DNA of 32,000 bases, from the NCBI RefSeq assembly GCF_000981785.2, contig NZ_CP011304.1, forward strand, positions 1,470,001 to 1,502,000, written 5' to 3'. The stretch is from Microcystis aeruginosa NIES-2549. GTDB taxonomy: Bacteria > Cyanobacteriota > Cyanobacteriia > Cyanobacteriales > Microcystaceae. The notes below the pieces were generated by a model. It had not been told where the DNA came from and did no database searches. It worked only from the letters and a program-made list of their open reading frames with translations. This document shows, one piece after another, positions 1 to 6,500 of this stretch; within the stretch, counting starts at the first letter, position 1, and the number at the start of each line of letters is the position of its first letter. The position numbers were made by a program, and so were the translations under genes.

Positions 1-1174
1 GGGCCCGACGGGCCGCTTCCGCCGCCTTGTACGCTTGTACTGCTTTTTCGATAATCGTGTCGGCCACTTGGGGATTTTGTTCTAAGTATTCGTTGAGAGT
101 TTCCCCCACCAGCGAATCAACAATACCCCGGACTTCAGTGTTACCTAATTTGGTCTTGGTTTGTCCCTCGAATTCCGGTTCGGGGACTTTTACGGAAATA
201 ACGGCGGTTAAACCCTCACGGACGTTTTCCCCCGCTAGATTAGGCTCGTTTTCTTTAATTTTATTGCGTTTACGAGCGACATTATTTAAAGTACGAGTCA
301 GAACTGCCTTTAATCCCTCTAGGTGAGTTCCCCCGTCAATGGTGCGGATATTATTAGCAAAACCGAGAATATTGTCGCTATAGGCATCTATACACCACTG
401 AAAGGCCACTTCGATATTAATTCCGTTCTTTTCCCCCGATACATAGATAATATCTTTGTGCAGGGTTTCTTTTTCCCGACACATATAGGCGACGTATTCT
501 TTAATACCCCCCTCATAACAATAGGTTTCGATGTGGGGTTCTTCGGGACGGTAATCGCTAAAGGTGATTTTAACACCAGCATTTAAGTAGGCTAGTTCTC
601 GTAAACGTCCGGAGAGGGTACTGTAATCAAATTCGATGCCTTGGCTAAAAATTTCGGTATCTGGCAGGAAATTAACCCTAGTTCCCGTTTTTTCCTCTTG
701 ACTGGGACTGCTGACCAATTCTGTGACGGGGATACCTCTTTCGTAGCGTTGGGTATGTACTTTATGATCGCGCCAGACTGTCACATCGACCCATGCAGAA
801 AGAGCATTAACGACGGAAATCCCGACCCCGTGTAACCCTCCCGACACTTTATAGCCACCACTGCCAAATTTACCGCCGGCATGAAGTATAGTGAGGACGG
901 TTTCGAGGGCGGATTTACCCGTGGTGGGGTGAACATCGGTGGGAATACCCCGGCCATCGTCGGTGACGCTGACGGAACCATCGGCCTTGATATCCACTTC
1001 GATATGAGTACAGTAACCCGCTAGGGCCTCATCGATCGAGTTGTCCACCACTTCATAGACTAAATGATGTAGTCCCCGCGGCCCAGTCGTACCGATATAC
1101 ATCCCCGGCCGCTTCCTGACTGGTTCTAACCCTTCGAGAACTTGTATCTGTTCCGCGCCGTAGTTACTTGTCAT
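1..1174 (-). CDS. gyrB: DNA gyrase subunit B, N-terminal ~391 codons (gene continues past window start)
   Basis: Absent from the ORF track because it runs off the window edge. The reverse complement from 1174 reads ATG ACA AGT... = [50 protein letters not shown]...[19 protein letters not shown], the GHKL ATPase N-terminus of GyrB. The frame stays open to base 1. Confidence 0.95.
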   Translation of the reverse strand, partial: MTSNYGAEQIQVLEGLEPVRKRPGMYIGTTGPRGLHHLVYEVVDNSIDEALAGYCTHIEVDIKADGSVSVTDDGRGIPTDVHPTTGKSALETVLTILHAGGKFGSGGYKVSGGLHGVGISVVNALSAWVDVTVWRDHKVHTQRYERGIPVTELVSSPSQEEKTGTRVNFLPDTEIFSQGIEFDYSTLSGRLRELAYLNAGVKITFSDYRPEEPHIETYCYEGGIKEYVAYMCREKETLHKDIIYVSGEKNGINIEVAFQWCIDAYSDNILGFANNIRTIDGGTHLEGLKAVLTRTLNNVARKRNKIKENEPNLAGENVREGLTAVISVKVPEPEFEGQTKTKLGNTEVRGIVDSLVGETLNEYLEQNPQVADTIIEKAVQAYKAAEAARRA

Positions 1175-1500
1175 AAAATTTCCCTAAAAAGGCTGTGATC
1201 CCTGATTGAACCTAAATGAATGGCAAAATCTTCAAAAATTTTAGCACATAAGGGTTAAAGACTGCTTAAATGGCTTTAGGGAGAATTTTTTATTAGGGTT
1301 GGGGTGTGGTGCGATTCGTTGGCTAGAAACTAGACAGTAAGACGTTTAGAGGATTAGCCGCTTGGTAAATGTAGTACCTTGATAACTTTATAACCCTACA
1401 GGTGCGGGTTAGTAATAACCTTAGTCCTGTCCTCTAGATGCCTAGAGTGACGGCATTTCCTGCTGCTTTAGACTTGCTACATTTGAGGTAGTGAGCTAGG

Positions 1501-1536
1501 AAAAAAAGCGGTATCTGATAGCCTAAATCAGAAACC
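1501..1536 (-). terminator. Candidate intrinsic terminator with no upstream minus-strand CDS
   Basis: Plus-strand arms GGTATCTGAT (1510-1519) and ATCAGAAACC (1527-1536) form a 10-bp stem with one mismatch and a 7-nt loop. The stem is preceded on the plus strand by AAAAAAA (1501-1507), so on the minus strand it is a hairpin followed by GC+TTTTTTT. Confidence 0.35.
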
Positions 1537-1757
1537 CGTTGAGCCAGAACTTATGGATAGCCCTGGGGCGAAGATACGAATTAACCATCGTCAACACCCA
1601 CAGGGCTTGACATAAAACTTAATTTAGGAGTTACAAAGGTGAGATGCTCCCCAGGAAGGAATTGGAATAGAATGTGATTATAATTCAGGCTGAGTACATA
1701 GTCTGTTTGTATCCATATTCCATTCAATCCATCAAATAAGGTGTGAGGATTGACCCC

Positions 1758-3452
1758 ATGTCAAAACTATTCAAGAACTTAGTAAAGGTAACTCCTTTAG
1801 TATTAGGTGCTTCTGTGGCGGCTGCTGGCGGTGCAGTGGCTCAAACCATGCCCAGTACGCCTCAACTTAAAATTGATCCAGCGGCGCCACAACAACTCGA
1901 TCGCATTCAGCGCGCCCAAAATAGTCAGCAGATTAATAGGAGTGTTGATCAGGGTTCCATGTCCCAGGTGACTAGCGTTAACCAACTGCGGGACGTATCT
2001 CCCACCGCTTGGGCCTATGAGGCATTAAGAAGCCTTGTGGAGCGTTATGGTTGTATTGTAGGTTATCCTGACCGGACTTTCAAGGGCGCTCAAGCTTTGA
2101 CTCGTTGGGAGTTTGCCGTCGGTTTAAATGCTTGTCTCAATAGTATGGAAAAATTGCTGCAAGAGGGAATTAAAATTACCCAAGCGGATTTAGAAACAAT
2201 CAAAAAACTTGCCCAAGATTTCCAGACAGAATTAGCCACTTTAGGCACAAGAATTGATAACTTAGAACAGAGAACAGCTTTTATCGAAGATCATAGTTTT
2301 TCAATCACTACAAAACTGCAAGGGGAAGTTATTTTTGCTCTCAGTAATGCTTGGTCGGATGATTTTGCTGTCGATAGTAATTTTCCCAATTTATCACCGA
2401 GTCAACAGGAGAGTTTAAGAAATCGTCCCATCGGTAATCAAACTACTTTTAGCGATCGAGTTAGACTAAATTTAAATACCAGTTTTACTGGCAAAGATTT
2501 ACTGCGAATGCGTCTGCAAGCTAGTAGTATTCCGAATTTAGCTAGGGCAACAGGTAGCGATATGGCGCGTCTTTCTTTTGATGCGGGTTCTCTCTACGAT
2601 AATAACAATATTGCTCTTGACGACTTATATTATATTAGCAATATTGATCGAGTTAAAGTCTGGATGGGAGCAAGAGGATTAGACCTTGATGATGTTTTTG
2701 ATGTGGTTAATCCTTTCCTAGAAAGTAGTGCTACAGGTGCTTTATCTCGTTTTAATCGTCGTAATCCTTTGGTTTATCGCGGTCCAGAAGGGGCGGGTTT
2801 AGGAGTGAGATATAATTTTTCATCTCAGTTAGCGGTGACAGCTTTGTATTTAGCAGAACAAGATACTGTCAGTAATCCTAATTCTGGTAATGGTTTGTTT
2901 AATGGTAATTACAGTACAGGGCTACAATTTAATGTTAAACCTGTTCCTAACTTACATTTTGCTGTCACCTATCTTCACGCTTATTTTACTCAAGGTTCGG
3001 TGAATTTATCGGGAAGTACAGGCAGTCCTATTACCCGGGATCCGTTTAACAATTTAGGGGCTGCTACCCGTGATAGCGTCGGTTTACAAAGTCATTGGAA
3101 TATTAATGATACTTTTAGCTTAGGTGGTTGGATAGGTTACGCTAAAGCTTACGCTCAAGGGATAGATTCTTCGGCGGATTTATGGACATGGCAAGGCAAT
3201 TTTTCTATTAGAGATTTTGTTAAAGAAGGGGCAACTTTTACCATTGCTGGTGGACAGTTACCCAGGGTGAGTTATGTGGAGGTGTTTACAGCAGATCGAG
3301 ATACTTCTCACATTTTAGAAGTGGAATATTCCTATCCCATTAGTCGCTATATTTTGCTAACTCCGGGGTTTTACGTTATTTTTGACCCTAATAATTTTAG
3401 TGAAAATGGTAATATCTGGGTGGGGGTAATTCGGACAACTTTTCGGTTTTAA
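1758..3452 (+). CDS. Outer-membrane porin, S-layer-homology (SLH) domain + OprB-type beta-barrel
   Basis: The ORF track starts at GTG 1743; the first ATG at 1758 gives the signal peptide MSKLFKNLVKVTPLVLGASVAAAGGAVAQ. The SLH motif is VSPTAWAYEALRSLVERYGCIVGYPDRTFKGAQALTRWEFA. A coiled-coil linker follows, then an alternating beta-strand pattern ending ...IRTTFRF (terminal Phe), as in cyanobacterial SomA/Slr1841-type porins. Confidence 0.85.
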   Translation: MSKLFKNLVKVTPLVLGASVAAAGGAVAQTMPSTPQLKIDPAAPQQLDRIQRAQNSQQINRSVDQGSMSQVTSVNQLRDVSPTAWAYEALRSLVERYGCIVGYPDRTFKGAQALTRWEFAVGLNACLNSMEKLLQEGIKITQADLETIKKLAQDFQTELATLGTRIDNLEQRTAFIEDHSFSITTKLQGEVIFALSNAWSDDFAVDSNFPNLSPSQQESLRNRPIGNQTTFSDRVRLNLNTSFTGKDLLRMRLQASSIPNLARATGSDMARLSFDAGSLYDNNNIALDDLYYISNIDRVKVWMGARGLDLDDVFDVVNPFLESSATGALSRFNRRNPLVYRGPEGAGLGVRYNFSSQLAVTALYLAEQDTVSNPNSGNGLFNGNYSTGLQFNVKPVPNLHFAVTYLHAYFTQGSVNLSGSTGSPITRDPFNNLGAATRDSVGLQSHWNINDTFSLGGWIGYAKAYAQGIDSSADLWTWQGNFSIRDFVKEGATFTIAGGQLPRVSYVEVFTADRDTSHILEVEYSYPISRYILLTPGFYVIFDPNNFSENGNIWVGVIRTTFRF

Positions 3453-4159
3453 ACACTGTCATCCTCAAATTTATAACCGACACCGACTACAGTTTTGATA
3501 AAGATAGGATTAGCAGGATCGGGTTCTACTTTTTTGCGTAAGCGTCGGATATGGGTATCTACTACCCTTTCATCGCCAAAAAAATCATTTCCCCAGAGAT
3601 TATCGATTAATTGGGTGCGACTCCAGACGCGATTGGGATAACTGACAAAGGTAGCGAGTAGATTAAATTCTAAGGTGGTTAAATCGAGGGTTTCCTCTGG
3701 CATTCCCTCCAATTTACGAACAGCAGAATGTTGATCTAAGTCGATCAGAAAATGACGGCTGCGATGGAGTTGTTGGGGTTGACTATCGTGTCTTAAACTA
3801 CGTCTTAATAAGGCTCTTACGCGAGCGGTTAATTCCCGGGGACTAAAGGGTTTTACCATATAATCATCGGCTCCCGTAGATAGACCGATAATGCGATCAA
3901 TTTCTTCTCCTCTAGCGGTTAACATTAAAATATAGGGGTCTTTTGTCCCCGGTTTTTGGCGGATTCTAGCACACAATTCTAGTCCGTCTAATTCGGGTAA
4001 CATTAAATCTAAAATAACTAAGTCTGGCTGCTTTTGATAAAATAGTTCTAGTCCTACCCTACCATTATAAGCCAGATGACAAGTAAAGGACTCCCTCTCT
4101 AAAGTTTGCTGAATCAAATGGGCGATTTCAATTTCATCTTCGATAATAACGATATCCAT
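3449..4159 (-). CDS. OmpR-family two-component response regulator (receiver + winged-helix)
   Basis: Receiver motifs are IIEDE, the phospho-acceptor in LVILDLMLPELDG, LMLTARG and DDYMVKPF. The C-terminal winged helix reads LTTLEFNLLATFVSYPNRVWSRTQLID...VDTHIRRLRKK...VVGVGYKF. No histidine kinase is adjacent. Confidence 0.9.
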   Translation of the reverse strand: MDIVIIEDEIEIAHLIQQTLERESFTCHLAYNGRVGLELFYQKQPDLVILDLMLPELDGLELCARIRQKPGTKDPYILMLTARGEEIDRIIGLSTGADDYMVKPFSPRELTARVRALLRRSLRHDSQPQQLHRSRHFLIDLDQHSAVRKLEGMPEETLDLTTLEFNLLATFVSYPNRVWSRTQLIDNLWGNDFFGDERVVDTHIRRLRKKVEPDPANPIFIKTVVGVGYKFEDDSV

Positions 4160-4268
4160 ACAAAGGAAAAAGTTTACAAATATCTAGGCATATTTTAACA
4201 TATTAGCCATTCATTTCTTGCTCAGGGTTGAACATTGAAATAATTGTAATTTTTGAGATTTTTTGGGG

Positions 4269-4289
4269 GGGAGAGTTGGCAACTCTCCC
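4269..4289. other. Perfect 9-bp stem-loop in the spacer between the PBP-like gene and the response-regulator gene
   Basis: GGGAGAGTT (4269-4277), loop GGC, AACTCTCCC (4281-4289). The T-run lies upstream on the plus strand, so it becomes an A-run after the hairpin on the minus strand. It is therefore not a canonical minus-strand intrinsic terminator. Confidence 0.4.
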
Positions 4290-4312
4290 AACTTTTGTGG
4301 ACTGGGGACTTT

Positions 4313-5662
4313 TCAAGGTAAAGCGACAAACTGCTCACCGGAGGGAGTTGATCGCACTTGAATTAAGACCGGTTGACCGATGCGATCGCCAGTATTAGGA
4401 TCAAAGCTAATTTTTCCGGTGGCCCCTGTTTGATGAAAATTGCCGGAGCGCAGCTGGGATTGTAGGCCCTGACGATGGGTATTTTCCCTTAAACCGGCAA
4501 TAATCACCCGTGTAGCGTCAAAACTGGTGGCTGTGCGCCAACTAACCGGACCGCGCCACTGTTCCTGCATAAGATTGGCAAAAGTCTGGTTAACCGAGGG
4601 GTGCCAGGGTGCGGCAAGGGTTAAACCTTGGGCGTTTTTGCCGCCATCTTCGAGGGTGCGAATATTGTAGAGGGTGGGACTACTAAACAGAGGCAAACGC
4701 TGACGATTGGAGCGAATAACCTCAAAAACGGGATCGAGACGATCAATATGAGCGACGACAAATAGGCCGTTAGCACCCCCAGAAATCGCCTGATTAAGGG
4801 CTTGATCGGCCTTAAAATTGGGTACACTCAGATCGCAGACAATCGGCACAATTTGACCGCCTTTTTTCGCCACATTAGCCATCAACTCATCTTTAAAGGA
4901 AATATTATCAGGAGCTTGAGAATCGTAGCAAAAAGCAATTTTCTGGACTTTAGCAGTATTTACTATGTAATTTGCTAAGGTTTCCGTAATTTTGCCGTTA
5001 GAAGCCACCAGACGAAAGATATAATTTCCCGCACCGGAGAGATTATTAGCCAGGGAGGTGGGAGAAATCATCACCAAACCGCCTTTTTCGTAGATGGGAG
5101 CGGCGGCTAAACTGGCATCGGAGGCATTATGACCGATAACAGCGATAATATCGGGATTTTTGACTAATTCACTGGCTACCTCTTTCGATATCTGCGGCTG
5201 ATTATCGTCATTAACCACGATAACCATCAGTTTTCTGCCGTTGATCCCTCCCTGTTGATTGATCTGGGTTTGTGCGCTGGCGACTCCTCGCAATATTTCC
5301 TGAGCGACGTTGGGATTAGTTGTTGCTGGCACAATAACGGCGATTTTGAAGGGATTTGAGCCAGTTTGCAGGTTGCTTAGATAAATTACGCTTTCGGGAT
5401 CGTTGGGATGTTGAGCGAGGGATTTTTGCAGGAGTTGCTCTGCTTCTTGGTGATCACCTTGAGCAATGGCAGCGATCGCTGATTCTTTGGTGGTGTTAGA
5501 ATTAGTTTTGATCAGGAGATGATTGCCGTAACTGATGCGGGGATTATTATCGGCTTTTGGGGCAAATATTGCCAATATTTGGGGAAAAAGAAACCAACCG
5601 ATCAACCCCAGTAAAACATAGGAAATTGGCGGTAAACCCGCTTTTTTGCCAGTCTTTGTCAT
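4313..5662 (-). CDS. Membrane-anchored TPR + type-1 periplasmic binding protein (LivK/Peripla_BP_6-like) sensor/solute-binding protein
   Basis: The N-terminal TM helix is PPISYVLLGLIGWFLFPQILAIF (about nt 5564-5632). A TPR-like segment reads GDHQEAEQLLQKSLAQHPNDPESVIYLSNL. PBP1 motifs are FKIAVIVP, AQEILRGV, IIAVIGHNASDAS, ISPTS and GATGKISFDPNTGD. AAGGAG sits 7 nt upstream of the ATG. Confidence 0.8.
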   Translation of the reverse strand: MTKTGKKAGLPPISYVLLGLIGWFLFPQILAIFAPKADNNPRISYGNHLLIKTNSNTTKESAIAAIAQGDHQEAEQLLQKSLAQHPNDPESVIYLSNLQTGSNPFKIAVIVPATTNPNVAQEILRGVASAQTQINQQGGINGRKLMVIVVNDDNQPQISKEVASELVKNPDIIAVIGHNASDASLAAAPIYEKGGLVMISPTSLANNLSGAGNYIFRLVASNGKITETLANYIVNTAKVQKIAFCYDSQAPDNISFKDELMANVAKKGGQIVPIVCDLSVPNFKADQALNQAISGGANGLFVVAHIDRLDPVFEVIRSNRQRLPLFSSPTLYNIRTLEDGGKNAQGLTLAAPWHPSVNQTFANLMQEQWRGPVSWRTATSFDATRVIIAGLRENTHRQGLQSQLRSGNFHQTGATGKISFDPNTGDRIGQPVLIQVRSTPSGEQFVALP

Positions 5663-5682
5663 CGCTTTACTCCTTAACTTTG

Positions 5683-6393
5683 CTAATTGAATTCGGCTAA
5701 ACGGCGGTTAATTTCGTCATCAAGGCTTAAGAAATCGATTTCTTGAGCTAATTTCTCGCTATAGTTCTCGCTTAATTCACTATAGGCGTTTTCTTTTCGA
5801 TAACGGTCTTTAATCGCTTCATTGGCATCCTCAAAGCGATCGCGGGAGTTATTGAGGTTGAGACTACTATCAAATTCGTTTATTTTGCCTAAAGCCTCAT
5901 TCATGGAACTAATCGCTTTTAAGTTGCTCATTTCTAACTTATAATGCTCGATTTTTTCCTGCTCTTGGCGAAGTTTTTCCTTAGCAGCAATGACTACTTT
6001 TTCGGCATTATCAACCCGATCTTTCATAGCGGGTAGAATTTTTTCTAGGGAGAGAACCTTAACCATAGCTAGTCTTGCCGCTTCTTGAAGACCTTTTTTT
6101 TGAGCGGTGACAGCCTGTTGCAAGTAGTTTGTGTGTTCCTGTTTTTTTGCCTCGTATTGTGCTTGGGCCGATTGCTGGGCCGCTACTACTTGCGCCACCG
6201 ATTCTGTTAATTCCGCTAGGGATTTTTGCATCGATTCTAGGGATTCTTTGGCCGATTCTACGGCAATTTTGCCGCCGGATTCGATGGGAATACCCCACAA
6301 CCAATTCCAGATCGCAACGAGAGAATTTCCTGCCTTATCACCGATCAGCCAAAAAATCAAGGCTTTTGGGGTTAATTTTTTTAACAATTTCAT
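5683..6393 (-). CDS. PspA/IM30-family-like coiled-coil protein with an atypical Trp-rich hydrophobic N-terminus
   Basis: The 236-aa protein is almost entirely heptad-like helix, e.g. ESMQKSLAELTESVAQVVAAQQSAQAQYEAKKQEHTNYLQQAVTAQKKG...AMVKVLSLEKILPAMKDRVDNAEKVVIAAKEKLRQEQEKIEHYKLEMSNLKA...RFEDANEAIKDR...DDEINRRLAEF. By eye it is colinear with the PspA helix layout. GGAG sits 9 nt upstream of the ATG. The family call is by recollection, not computed. Confidence 0.6.
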   Translation of the reverse strand: MKLLKKLTPKALIFWLIGDKAGNSLVAIWNWLWGIPIESGGKIAVESAKESLESMQKSLAELTESVAQVVAAQQSAQAQYEAKKQEHTNYLQQAVTAQKKGLQEAARLAMVKVLSLEKILPAMKDRVDNAEKVVIAAKEKLRQEQEKIEHYKLEMSNLKAISSMNEALGKINEFDSSLNLNNSRDRFEDANEAIKDRYRKENAYSELSENYSEKLAQEIDFLSLDDEINRRLAEFN

Positions 6394-6500
6394 GCCGTTT
6401 GTCTCCTAGAGGTGTTACCTGTTAATTAGGAGCGATGGCTAACTTTAATGCAGTGGATAAGGTTAATTTTTGTAAAAAGTCTTGACAAGGATAGGAAGGT

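Noticed and set aside
27-981. Short ORFs at 27-326, 323-586, 388-582, 641-835 and 781-981.
   Set aside because: All lie inside the gyrB reading frame (minus strand, open to the window edge), which has unmistakable GyrB sequence. They are shadow ORFs.
6059-6425. ORFs 6059-6304 (-), 6129-6425 (+) and 6131-6409 (+) overlapping the PspA-like gene.
   Set aside because: They are alternative-frame or antisense shadows with Arg/Gly/Pro-rich low-complexity translations. The PspA-like frame has an SD and coherent helical sequence.
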